Below are positions 53,992 to 63,345 of a stretch of DNA of 64,000 bases, one piece after another (positions within the stretch are counted from its first letter, which is position 1; the number at the start of each line of letters is the position of its first letter). This DNA is from Candidatus Yonathbacteria bacterium (lineage in GTDB: Bacteria > Patescibacteriota > Minisyncoccia > Phycocordibacterales > JACNGX01), in contig JAAXWR010000003.1 in the NCBI GenBank assembly GCA_013334825.1, positions 37,167-101,166 on the forward strand, given 5' to 3'. Below the pieces are notes generated by a model, which was not told the origin of the DNA, made no database searches, and worked only from the letters and a program-made list of their open reading frames with translations. Made by a program: the position numbers and the translations under genes.

Positions 53992-55462
53992 GAGAGTAGT
54001 ATAGCATGAGAGACGAAAAGCCAGTTCTTAGTTCGTAGTTCTTAGTTCTTAGAACAACTACGAGATGGGATTTTAGGTTTCTCGTGACGTCTCTGCCATA
54101 CAGAGCGCGTGGGTCCACACCGCCCTTTCTTAAGAAAGGGCGGGGAGGACGAGTTTTAAGAGATGAAATGTTCCCCCATGTGTTACGATATGTAATAAGA
54201 AAAGAGGGTATTCAAATGATGATTCATGAGTGAAGTGACGTAGTGCAAAAGAATACATACATACATGTGTAACAATAGATAAAGAGAACCCCGCACGAAG
54301 CGGGGTTTTCAGGCAGAAGGTCAGTCAGGCGTCCAGCATATAGCCGGACGGGACCTTGGCGGCCGAGGCGGACGAGGTGGTGGCAAGATTTTTATATGCG
54401 GTCGGGCGTGAAGCCCCACCGCTGCGGCATCGTGCGTGCATATGCACCTCCTTGTTTTTGACCCTAGCTCTCTATAAATGTAGAGAGATGGGTCGGTTGA
54501 TGTTGTACATACCTTGCGGAAGGCAATCCGAAAGGTCTGGGTAGAGTATAGCATACCCAGATTTTTTGTCAAGCGTTTGTAAGAGGTGTCATGTTGGGCT
54601 GTTTTTTACCGTCATGCCTATGAATAACGGATACGTACGTCTGCTTGTATCCGTGTAACTCGCTATGTGTCCTCTGTGGTACGGGGTACTTCAGCATATG
54701 CGCCTAGTATAAAGTAATGTATATAAAGAAAAGTTTTTATTTGTTTATTGTATGTATCTGTCATGTGTGTCTTGTATGTTTTCATAAAAAAACAAAGGCC
54801 CACGGAGGGGCCTTGTAAAAAAGAGGACGGATAATGAATATCAAATGACTGAATGCTCAACGGAACATACACGATGAAGGTAAAAAAGTTTTTGTAGCTC
54901 GGCCGAGCTGACATCGGTGTGTGGGTTGAGAATCAATTCCTTGATATCTACTATATGTCCTTATATAAAGAACAAAAAGAACACAAAGAACAAAATGAAA
55001 GAACCTTGATACTATTGTCGCATACCTATGTATCATGTCAATGAACCGTGGTGTGGATAAAAAATTACTCCCGCCGAAGCGGGAGTAAATCGTCGGATTA
55101 AACGAGGTGTGATGTTTATCCGACGAAACTTACGCGGGACTCAACGCCGGGGTGGCGTCTTGCCCCAAGGAAAAGTTTCTTCATAAGAAACCTCCTTTTA
55201 AAGGTTGATGAAACTGTACGCCGTCAGTAAGTCTGACAGCGTGAAGGAACAGGAGAATGTTATCATAGCACATACCATGGAGACGTCAACTATTTTTGTT
55301 TTCTTTCCATGTTGATGGATATACGTTTATTGATAAGAAATACGCATACGGTTCAGTATTGACCTTGTGTGTGGGCATGCTATCCTCTCTAAGGTTTTCT
55401 TTGATTATAAAAGACGTGAGAAGACTATTACACATGGATAAAAACTAAACAGGGGTATTGTC
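53992..55462. other. 1.47-kb gene-free region with multiple stable hairpins, a dispersed repeat, and a GC-rich structured segment (54316-54560)
   Basis: No ORF >83 aa, and none convincing. Hairpins AACCCCGC-acgaa-GCGGGGTT (54290-54310), TCTGGGTA...TACCCAGA+TTTTTT (54536-54568), AGGCCC-acgga-GGGGCCT (about 54800), TTACTCCCGC-cgaa-GCGGGAGTAA (about 55065). Repeat agttcttagttcgtagttcttag (54030-54060), inverted at 63947-63975. Confidence 0.7.
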
Positions 55463-56599
55463 ATGCAAACATTAACGTTGCCTTTCTTGGGAGAACAGTT
55501 GAGAGTCGTTGACAGGACAATCGCACGTCTCCTGAGGAGGCGTATGGATATTACTGCACAGGTTGCCGACGTCAAAATGCGGGATGGAATTCCTTTTATA
55601 CGGCGTGAGGTCGAAGAAGATCGTCTCAACGATGTCAGGAAACTTGCGACACAGGAGGGCTTGGACCCGAACTTCCTCAGTACATTGCTGTATATGATTA
55701 TCGGTGAATCGTGCAAGGGACAGCTCGAACGTAGAGATGGTCCACCTACTGCAGTATTGTCTGACGAGGATGACACAGCAAGATACGAAGAACTCAAGAG
55801 ACATTTGCTCGAGCTTACGAATGCATGGGCACCATCGTATGATGGACATTACACGGATGGGTATTTCGCAACACGTGTGTATACCGCTTGGGAGCATGAA
55901 GCAATACAGGCGCATGCCGGAGATATGTTTCTCCCCCAAGGAGCACTCGTGGATCTTGGTTGTGCGACAGGGAGAATGTCTTTTTTACTCGCTGACACGA
56001 TATCCTTCACCTCAGTGGAGGGGTTTGATATCAGCCGAAACATGATTGCAAGCGCGCGGTCTTTGGCGAGAAGTTGTTCTTATGAGGCGAATTTTTGCAC
56101 TCATGATTTTGAGTTAGAAGGTATTCCTTGTCGTGATGAATCGGTTTCTTTTGTTGTCATGAATCTAGGCACAGGAAGTGACGTGAAGGATTTCTCTGGT
56201 GTGCTTATGGAAATTCGTCGCGTACTTATTCCTGGAGGGAGATTTGCTATCTCGTTTTATAATCGAGACGCACTTCTGTATCGGTGTGGATTCATGCCTT
56301 GGCCTACGGGCCTCACAGCTGAATTCAATACCATTACCAATACGCTTGATGTACGGTCGTGTGGTAAAGCATATACGATTTATGCACGACCGTACGGTGT
56401 TGCCGAAGTCCGAGGACTCTTTGATGATGAGTTACGGGTGATGCGTGCCGATACGTTCCCGTCGGTAAGTGCAATATTACCGACCGATGTTATTGAAGGG
56501 AAACCTGAGGCGGAGACAGCAATGACAGAGGTTGATAAGTTACTTACCTCTTCTGGTATGGGTGCGTACATTCTCGTCCTTGGAGAGAAAAAGAAATAA
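55463..56599 (+). CDS. chorismate mutase (AroQ/CM_2) :: class I SAM-dependent methyltransferase fusion protein
   Basis: N-terminal about 95 aa: LRVVDRTIARLLRRRMDITAQVADVKMRDGIPFIRREVEEDRLNDVRKLATQEGLDPNFLSTLLYMIIGES (CM_2 pattern). C-terminal MTase motif I VDLGCATGR, post-I FDISRNM, motif II/III FVVMNLGTG...LIPGGRF. Confidence 0.75.
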   Translation: MQTLTLPFLGEQLRVVDRTIARLLRRRMDITAQVADVKMRDGIPFIRREVEEDRLNDVRKLATQEGLDPNFLSTLLYMIIGESCKGQLERRDGPPTAVLSDEDDTARYEELKRHLLELTNAWAPSYDGHYTDGYFATRVYTAWEHEAIQAHAGDMFLPQGALVDLGCATGRMSFLLADTISFTSVEGFDISRNMIASARSLARSCSYEANFCTHDFELEGIPCRDESVSFVVMNLGTGSDVKDFSGVLMEIRRVLIPGGRFAISFYNRDALLYRCGFMPWPTGLTAEFNTITNTLDVRSCGKAYTIYARPYGVAEVRGLFDDELRVMRADTFPSVSAILPTDVIEGKPEAETAMTEVDKLLTSSGMGAYILVLGEKKK

Positions 56600-56644
56600 A
56601 CAGACATATGCTCGCACATGACGTGCGAGCTTTTGATTTTTGTA

Positions 56645-57457
56645 TTAGATTGCTTGTATAAGACGCTCAACTTTTTCTCTTTGTATGCGTGCATGATAAG
56701 GTTTTACATTTATGGAATGTTTTCCAATATTTTCTTTGAGAGAAGTGCTTATAATGGCGCCATTCGCATATTTGAATAGATTATGGACGTTTTCTTCAGA
56801 AACGCCACTTCCGAGAAGAATTTGGGCATTTGGGAATTTCTCTCTGAGCAGCATAACTTCTTTCATATCAGGAGCGTCACCGGTCCATTTTCCAGTAATA
56901 ATGAGAGCATCTGAACCTTCACAAATAGCATTTTTTGCCGAAGTATATATATCATCGGTGGAAAGAATACGAGCATGTTTTACATGAATATCTGTAAAGA
57001 GTGCAATATCCTCTGCTCCCATTTCTTTTCTCAATGAAATTACTTCCTGAGAAACTCCATTGATGGTACCGTAATCTGTGTGTACCGTATCAACAAATAC
57101 AGGTATACGTATAAAATCAAGTTGAAGATGTTTCGCGATAGTAAGTGCTGTACGATAATCATTCCAAAGGACACTTATTCCAAGAGGAAGGTGTGTCGCA
57201 TTGCGTATAGAGGCCCCAATTGTTGTCATTACATCTGCTGTATGAGAAGAAACATAGGGAACATGGGGGATGTCGTAATTATTTTCAAAAATAATCCCTG
57301 TTACCCCACCTTCTTCTAATGCGGTGAGGTCAAGCAACGCATTTTTTATAGCAATATCGAAACCAGGAAACTCACGATGATCAGGAAGTGGTGGTAAATG
57401 AATTGCGCCTATAATAATATGTTGATTGGTTGAAAAAATCGAAGAAAGTGGAATCAT
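56645..57457 (-). CDS. BtpA/SgcQ-family TIM-barrel protein
   Basis: IGAIHLPPLP, LPLGISVLWND, FTDIHVKHA and LLGSGVSEEN align with the BtpA family (IGVIHLKPLPGSP, LPLGINVLRND, FADVHVKHG, LLIGSGITPEN). Confidence 0.8.
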   Translation of the reverse strand: MIPLSSIFSTNQHIIIGAIHLPPLPDHREFPGFDIAIKNALLDLTALEEGGVTGIIFENNYDIPHVPYVSSHTADVMTTIGASIRNATHLPLGISVLWNDYRTALTIAKHLQLDFIRIPVFVDTVHTDYGTINGVSQEVISLRKEMGAEDIALFTDIHVKHARILSTDDIYTSAKNAICEGSDALIITGKWTGDAPDMKEVMLLREKFPNAQILLGSGVSEENVHNLFKYANGAIISTSLKENIGKHSINVKPYHARIQREKVERLIQAI

Positions 57458-57500
57458 TCATTGAGTGTATCATTATTTTGAACATACAAAAAGGCGGTTA

Positions 57501-58655
57501 TTACCGCCTTTGTAACAATGTTTTCACTCGCGCAACTTTTCCACGCAATTCTCCTGATGCATGAATACGACGTGCGTCATCAAAACATTGAGGGAGTGAA
57601 ACATGGCTATTTTGTGCTAAATGCATAAGAAGCGCAGCGTTTGCGAGAACCATTTCAAGAGCTGGACCCGTAATTTCTCCGTAGAGAATTTTTTTAGAGA
57701 ATTCACCTTTTGACATTCCTTTTGGAGGGGAAATGTCTGCTGATGACACGGATTGAATACCAAAATCGTTCGCAGTGATCTCCTCAACAGTTATGTTGTC
57801 TCTCTCAAGTATCGCAACCTGAGAACCTTGCGGACAAATTGAAAGTTCATCCATACCACCTTGAGAAGAATATCCACGTATGAAAAAAGATTTTTCCACA
57901 ACAGTGATATTTTTTTTGTTGAGAATAGCGTATGCTTCCGCAACAATTTTTGGAGAGATGAGATGATTTACGCCGAGAATTCTTCTCGTGAGAACGACAG
58001 GGTTTGTAATCGGACCAATAATATCATTCATATGGGGCACATTTGCAAAGGAATGTGTTTGTTTATGAATAATCTTGTATCGTGTATCAAGGGCTTCTGT
58101 ATATCCGAAACACTCTTTTTCTAAACAATACAAAAGAGCATCGCGATTTGGAAACGTCTCAATACCAAGCATCTGCATGAAGTCAGAACTCCCGTGTTTT
58201 CCAGTATCGGCATTTGCAGGAGATCCGTGTTTGCACATGTGAATACCTGCGACAGAGGCGATAAGAGCTGCAATCGTGCTCACGTTTGCAGTAGGAGTTA
58301 TATCTCCACCCATACCACAATTATCCATGATCAGAGGAATGTGTGTGTTGATAGTTCCGTATTCTGATGTTGCGATATCAGATTTAAAAATGGCAGCACA
58401 GATACCAGCGATTTGCTCAGCGGCATTCATGGGAAGTCGATGATCATGAAAAAATAACCTTTCAGGATTTTTTTCCCATACATATGTTGCTTTTGTGTGT
58501 AATGCCGAAAGTGCGATGACACTCTGGATTTGAGCTTGTGTGTCTCCATTACATCCTTTTATTGCGTATTCACCAAGCGCGTATGCTTCTTCAAATGTGA
58601 GGGGGATATTTTGATACGCATGTCCTTTAAGGATATGTTTAATATCAATAGCCAT
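57501..58655 (-). CDS. anthranilate phosphoribosyltransferase-family (TrpD/TrpD2-like, glycosyl transferase family 3) protein
   Basis: N-terminal helical domain LKG..L...EA; DNCGMGGDITPTANVSTIAALIASVAGIHMCKHGSP...SSDFMQMLGIE matches the TrpD GTGGDG...KHGNR...SADVLEALG core; IGPITNP matches LGPLTNP. Confidence 0.7.
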   Translation of the reverse strand: MAIDIKHILKGHAYQNIPLTFEEAYALGEYAIKGCNGDTQAQIQSVIALSALHTKATYVWEKNPERLFFHDHRLPMNAAEQIAGICAAIFKSDIATSEYGTINTHIPLIMDNCGMGGDITPTANVSTIAALIASVAGIHMCKHGSPANADTGKHGSSDFMQMLGIETFPNRDALLYCLEKECFGYTEALDTRYKIIHKQTHSFANVPHMNDIIGPITNPVVLTRRILGVNHLISPKIVAEAYAILNKKNITVVEKSFFIRGYSSQGGMDELSICPQGSQVAILERDNITVEEITANDFGIQSVSSADISPPKGMSKGEFSKKILYGEITGPALEMVLANAALLMHLAQNSHVSLPQCFDDARRIHASGELRGKVARVKTLLQRR

Positions 58656-58747
58656 AGTAAGATAATATTTTGTTTTTATGGAAGAACTTTTCTCATAGGA
58701 ACATATCAGAGGATGAGTATTGTGTCAATAAATACATTATGAACAAA

Positions 58748-58775
58748 AAAACGCCCAGCGGGCGTTTTTTTGTTT
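58748..58775. terminator. bidirectional terminator (terminates the ClpB-like operon on the minus strand)
   Basis: AAAAAAACGCCC-agc-GGGCGTTTTTTTGTTT. Confidence 0.7.
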
Positions 58776-58790
58776 GTACGATGCTTGTTC

Positions 58791-61214
58791 TTATGCAATG
58801 TGTGTGGATGAGGTTGTCTTTTGCGCGAGGATTGCGGGTGAAAGTGTCAGTGTTGCACCCGGGGTGATAGTTCCCGCGATGATGCCATCAGCAATGTATT
58901 GTTCAATTGTTTGTTCAATGTAGCGTTTCATAGGACGTGCACCAAAACCAGGGTCATACCCTTCTTTGGCAACATGGACAATCATATCATCGGTATATGA
59001 TACAGTGAGACTCTTTTCCGTACGGAGACGTTCGGAAAGTCCACCAAGCATGATGCGCGCGATAGCGCGAAGTTCATCTTCGGAAAGTGGATGAAAGAGA
59101 ATAAGATCTGTAAAGCGGTTGAGGAATTCGGGGCGAAAGATGCCTGATGCAATGACGCTTTGGATGAACGTATCGCGTTCGCTCTCGAGGTCTTTCCCCT
59201 CTTTTGTCATATTCCAAATCATGTCAGAGCCAGCGTTGGACGTTGCAATGAAAAGAATATTTCTTGCATTGACGCGTTCGCCACGGACATCAGTGAAAAA
59301 TCCTTCATCAAGAATCTGTAAGAATAAATCATGTACGTCTTTGTTTGTCTTTTCAAATTCATCAAGGAGAAGAACGCCATAAGGGGTGTCGCGAAGCATG
59401 TCCGCGAGAATGCCAGATTGTCCGTTGGGAAAACCGATGAGACGAGAGAGTGCATCACCCGTGCGGTACTCGGACATATCAAGACGCATGAGCGCGTGTT
59501 CATCATGAAACATCGTACGTGCGAGTGCTTTTGCTGTTTCTGTTTTTCCAACACCTGTGGGGCCAAAGAAAAGAAATGAGCCGATTGGCTTACTAGCACT
59601 GCCGACACCGGCACGTGAGCGCCTAAGTGCGCGAGCAATTGCGTCGAGTGCTTGAGACTGCCCCACGACATGTTTTTTGAGTTCTGTTTCAAGATTGAGA
59701 AGTGTGTCTTTTTCTGCCTCTCCTATCGCTCCTGTGGGGATATCTGTTTTTTCAGAAACGAGTGTAAGAATAAGTGCGGGAGTGATGACGTGGTCACGTG
59801 ACGATTCCGCGCGTGCAGCAGCTTCGGCGAGGAGGTCGGTTGCAGTGTCTGTGGTGTTGTTGCCTGAAAAATATCGTTCTGCCGCACGTGCAGCTTCGTC
59901 TACCGCCGGGTAAGTAAAGAAAACTCCGTGTACGTGCTCAAGGGCTGATGCGTCACGTGTGAGAAGTGCAGTGAGTGTTGATGAGCCAGTATCTTTTACC
60001 GTAAGTACATCAAATCTGCGCGCGAACGCTTCTTCTCGTGTGATATCTTCACGATACCCTTTGGTGCTCGCGGTAGCAATGATGGGGAGTGATGTGTCAG
60101 CAAGAAATGGGTCAAGGATTGAAGTAATGTCAGTTCCTATGGTACGGGCGGAGGCAATAAAAGATGGCATGTGTTCAATTGCGAGAATAATATTTCCCGC
60201 GGTGCGTGCTTCTTGTAACAGTGAACGAAGTGTTTGTTCGAGAGTAGTTTTGTCTCCAGTCTTAGCAATGAGGAGATTGGCATCGAGTGCCATGAGTGTT
60301 CGTCCGCGGAGCCCTTCAGGCGCGCGTGTAGAAGAAAGAAGTCCTTGGAATTCTTGCAAGATGCTTTGTGTATCGTAGACACCGACAAGGAGTATGTTTG
60401 ATTCTTTTGCTTTTGAGAGAGTTGCTGTCATGCGGGCAAGAAGTGCAACAGACGCATCGTCTGTTGTTTCACGTCCAGCAAGTGGCGAGGCATAGGTATT
60501 GAGGAGGAATGTTTTTCCATAATGCCAATCCGTTCCCAGTCCTTGTATTGTGCTGAGATGTTCTTTTGTCCACCAACGGAGAGACTCAAGGCTACGTACG
60601 CGTTCGTCTGCATACCAACGCGCGGCACCGCGCAACAGTTCTTTTGTGATAGCATGATGCGCGAGGAATGCACTAAAGTCTTTGTCAGAAAGAAAGAGGT
60701 CTTCAGCAAATGCGTCAAGCATGTACCACGTCCCTGTATGACTCGGGTCGTTGAATATGACAGGTTGTGACCCTCGTGTAGCGAGAAAGTCCGCGATGTC
60801 TTGGGCGGGAATACCAAGTCGTGAACATATAACTTCTCCCGCGTGCGATGTTAAAAATGCACGAACCGTATCGTTTTTGTGAGAACGCTCTACAATGGTA
60901 AGTACTTCAAGACTCCAGATAGGGGTTGTGTTTTCGGAAAAAGATATATCACGCGTTCGAAAGTAAAGTGAACGAAAAAATAGCTCAAGACAGTATGCGA
61001 TGACTGATATCGAAAGAAAAAGAAGTGCCAAACCAAAAAACGTTTGTCCAAGGGAGATACTACGTAATCCGAGAGATGCGAGGAAAAGGAGAAGTGCACC
61101 ACCACCCGCTTCTTTATACAAAGCACGTCTTTGTGTGCCTGAAATCGCACGCTCGAGAATAACGAGTGGATACAGGTCACTTGAACGAATGTCTCTGGGA
61201 GAAAGTGTTGACAT
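58791..61214 (-). CDS. membrane-anchored Clp/Hsp100-family AAA+ protein with degenerate first ATPase domain
   Basis: Two N-terminal TM helices replace the usual Clp_N domain. D1 region lacks Walker A Lys (NILLVGVYDTQS vs GEPGVGKT) and Walker B Asp-Glu (ILAIEHMP vs IDELH). D2 is intact (FLFFGPTGVGKTETAKALA, LLLDEFEK, sensor ATSNAGS); ClpB/C-like C-terminal domain. Confidence 0.75.
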   Translation of the reverse strand: MSTLSPRDIRSSDLYPLVILERAISGTQRRALYKEAGGGALLLFLASLGLRSISLGQTFFGLALLFLSISVIAYCLELFFRSLYFRTRDISFSENTTPIWSLEVLTIVERSHKNDTVRAFLTSHAGEVICSRLGIPAQDIADFLATRGSQPVIFNDPSHTGTWYMLDAFAEDLFLSDKDFSAFLAHHAITKELLRGAARWYADERVRSLESLRWWTKEHLSTIQGLGTDWHYGKTFLLNTYASPLAGRETTDDASVALLARMTATLSKAKESNILLVGVYDTQSILQEFQGLLSSTRAPEGLRGRTLMALDANLLIAKTGDKTTLEQTLRSLLQEARTAGNIILAIEHMPSFIASARTIGTDITSILDPFLADTSLPIIATASTKGYREDITREEAFARRFDVLTVKDTGSSTLTALLTRDASALEHVHGVFFTYPAVDEAARAAERYFSGNNTTDTATDLLAEAAARAESSRDHVITPALILTLVSEKTDIPTGAIGEAEKDTLLNLETELKKHVVGQSQALDAIARALRRSRAGVGSASKPIGSFLFFGPTGVGKTETAKALARTMFHDEHALMRLDMSEYRTGDALSRLIGFPNGQSGILADMLRDTPYGVLLLDEFEKTNKDVHDLFLQILDEGFFTDVRGERVNARNILFIATSNAGSDMIWNMTKEGKDLESERDTFIQSVIASGIFRPEFLNRFTDLILFHPLSEDELRAIARIMLGGLSERLRTEKSLTVSYTDDMIVHVAKEGYDPGFGARPMKRYIEQTIEQYIADGIIAGTITPGATLTLSPAILAQKTTSSTHIA

Positions 61215-61217
61215 ACA

Positions 61218-61610
61218 TTAAGAAAAAAGAAGATATACACCTGATCCTATTATCCACGCAAGAAGGAGCGGAGCGAATATCCATACAATAAATGCGCATA
61301 CGTACAGAAGAGAGGAAATGAAAAGAGCAATAAGTCCGATGAAAATAAGTACTGTACGTGTGATCATGCCGATCGCGCGCATGAGCGTGTTGACGATGAA
61401 TGTTTCAATGAAATGGCCGATATCGACAATGGAAGGGTACGATTCTGCCATACGTTTCCAAGGAGAAAAGAATGTACGGATGAGTGTGCCGATTGAGAAG
61501 AAACGTCCAACAAACCAGACGAGTGTTGCGCCTGTTGTAGTAAGTTCAGTGAGTGCACGTGTATAGTGCCAGATAACGTATCTACCAAAGAAAGAGACAT
61601 GAGAAATCAT
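61218..61610 (-). CDS. small 4-TM membrane protein, hypothetical (4-nt gap to the downstream ClpB-like gene)
   Basis: 130-aa ORF with about 4 hydrophobic helices; ATG preceded by TGCTATACTATACAC. Confidence 0.5.
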   Translation of the reverse strand: MISHVSFFGRYVIWHYTRALTELTTTGATLVWFVGRFFSIGTLIRTFFSPWKRMAESYPSIVDIGHFIETFIVNTLMRAIGMITRTVLIFIGLIALFISSLLYVCAFIVWIFAPLLLAWIIGSGVYLLFS

Positions 61611-61624
61611 GTGTATAGTATAGC

Positions 61625-61690
61625 AGATGAGATATGCGAGTTGCGAGTTGCGAGTTGCGAGTTGCGAGTTGCGAGTTGCGAGTTGCGTTA
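61625..61690 (+). repeat. tandem heptad array (GCGAGTT) x about 8
   Basis: gcgagttgcgagttgcgagttgcgagttgcgagttgcgagttgcg followed by ttaataattatgg; the same unit occurs at 12302-12326, 11177-11188 and 14939-14952. Confidence 0.9.
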
Positions 61691-61744
61691 ATAATTATGG
61701 GGGAGTTTTAAAAGTCAAGTTTTGGTATAGAGAAGAAAAGGCGG

Positions 61745-61775
61745 GGGCGGGCTTCGCCCGCCCCCGCCGTCGCCC
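61745..61775. other. GC-rich perfect hairpin in an AT-rich spacer
   Basis: GGCGGGGGCGGGC-ttc-GCCCGCCCCCGCC (13-bp stem). Confidence 0.6.
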
Positions 61776-62031
61776 ATCGTCGTCATACCCGCCTACATCT
61801 TATCCCTCCCCTTTTTCTCTTGACTACCTTTCTCTGTCCCCCATCTCCTTCTTCTCCAACAGCATACCGTGTCATATATATATGTACATGTTACACACAT
61901 CTAGTGCGATTTTTCCCCACCACTAAGAATGTACCTATCAAACATTGAAATACTTGACTTTTTTGCATTTTTGGTGTATAAATAACAACAATCTATAGTT
62001 CTACTAAAACATAATAAAAGGAAAAATAACC

Positions 62032-63345
62032 ATGGACATGAAGATTATCGAATTGTTGATGTGGCCAGCAGTCATTCTTGGGTTGGGCATCATTCTCGTC
62101 TTTTCAAAGGAGATGAGAGACCTCCTTTTTAAAGGATTTTCAGCTTTCTGGAGGTATTACACCACCAGAACAAAAATGCTGGACCGTCTTGAAAGAGGGG
62201 TCTCTGAATTATGGAGGCGTTACCAAGAGAAAAAGAGGATACAAACTGAGGATGATGGTGACTCGGGACTTTCTATTAATGAACCGAGCCAAAGACAGCA
62301 GCAATTTCGTAGAGGTATTGCATGGGGAGCATTCTTTGGTGTCATCATTCTACTTCTTATTCTCGTTGGGGTCTTCTGGAAGGACACAAAAGTATTTGGA
62401 ATGCCGTTTAAGCCGGGGTTTCTCTTTCTGATACCTTTGTATTATTTTGTGAAGGTAACTTTAAAGCGTCCCGCTGTAGACGCGTTTCGCGTGTTGGTAA
62501 GAGTTCTTAACAAACCTTCATATGAGGTGTTTGGTCCGTACCCAGAATTTCCGGGCATCACCTCCGCGACACTTGTCTCCAGAAGACCCAAAGAGGCACA
62601 ACAGCCTGCAGATGAAGACAAGATTTATAGAGGAAATGGACCAAAACCTTCTGATCTGGACATGGTTGACCCTTACCGAATTATATTCCTTGGCAAGGAT
62701 GGATCGGAGGATATCTTAGAACAGCCAGGCACGTATGAGTTTACTGGTTTTTATATTTATCAGATAATAAATGCGTGGCGTTTTATCTATATGGTTGGCT
62801 CTGAAGAGGAATTGCAAACTCGTCTGAAGGATGTTCTCCCGACAGTTTTACAAGGGGCAGCATCTGAGAAAAAGACGATGAAAGAACTTATTAACAGTTG
62901 GAACATTGTTAATGATGACTTTCTCGATACCTTGAATCTTAGGGTAGAAGATTGGGGTATTGGCATTGGATTTGCAAAAATTCTTCCGCCTGATTATGGC
63001 TACCATATTAATCTTGCTTTGAAGCAGTTTTCCGCTGCAATCAAAGCATCTGAACAAAAAATTATGGAGAGAAGCGCAGAAGCAGAGGGTAATCGCCGGA
63101 TTGGCTTTGCTGGTGCAGACATTCAGGCAGCAGAAGTTGGAAGGGTCGCGAAGGCGTTTGAGGAATTCAAAAAGATTGGCATTGATCTAGAGGTGGCGAT
63201 GAAGATGATTACCATTCAGAAAGGTTTGGAGGGTTCAGATTATTCAATCCTTTCAGGTAGTGATCCAATTCTTAATGTTCTTGGTGCGGCGAGTGTGACA
63301 CCAGGTCTCAGAGAACTCATAATGAATAAGGAGAAAAAGTCATGA
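62032..63345 (+). CDS. membrane protein, possibly SPFH/band-7-like (tentative)
   Basis: Two N-terminal TM segments; C-terminal region with an SPFH-like helical/Ala-Glu-rich segment (AAIKASEQKIMERSAEAEGNRRIGFAGADIQAAE); the assignment is weak. Confidence 0.35.
   Translation: MDMKIIELLMWPAVILGLGIILVFSKEMRDLLFKGFSAFWRYYTTRTKMLDRLERGVSELWRRYQEKKRIQTEDDGDSGLSINEPSQRQQQFRRGIAWGAFFGVIILLLILVGVFWKDTKVFGMPFKPGFLFLIPLYYFVKVTLKRPAVDAFRVLVRVLNKPSYEVFGPYPEFPGITSATLVSRRPKEAQQPADEDKIYRGNGPKPSDLDMVDPYRIIFLGKDGSEDILEQPGTYEFTGFYIYQIINAWRFIYMVGSEEELQTRLKDVLPTVLQGAASEKKTMKELINSWNIVNDDFLDTLNLRVEDWGIGIGFAKILPPDYGYHINLALKQFSAAIKASEQKIMERSAEAEGNRRIGFAGADIQAAEVGRVAKAFEEFKKIGIDLEVAMKMITIQKGLEGSDYSILSGSDPILNVLGAASVTPGLRELIMNKEKKS

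Noticed and set aside
54441-54453. CACCTCCTT (16S rRNA 3'-end-like sequence) as evidence of an rRNA fragment
   Set aside because: Only a 9-nt match with no flanking 16S similarity; on the opposite strand it reads as an SD (AAGGAGGTG) in front of an ATG
54316-54560. RNase P RNA, tmRNA or SRP RNA in the GC-rich non-coding segment
   Set aside because: Could not find the P4 consensus (GGAAAGUCCGG/ACAGAAUCCGGCUUA), a tRNA-like 3' end plus tag ORF, or the SRP domain IV GGAA/AGCAGG motifs by eye; left as an unclassified candidate sRNA
54321-54572. 83-aa minus-strand ORF with PPPRPPRPPRSRP tract
   Set aside because: Low-complexity translation of a GC-rich structured segment; the alternative 38-codon frame has the SD and is more plausible if anything is translated; no SD or promoter for this frame
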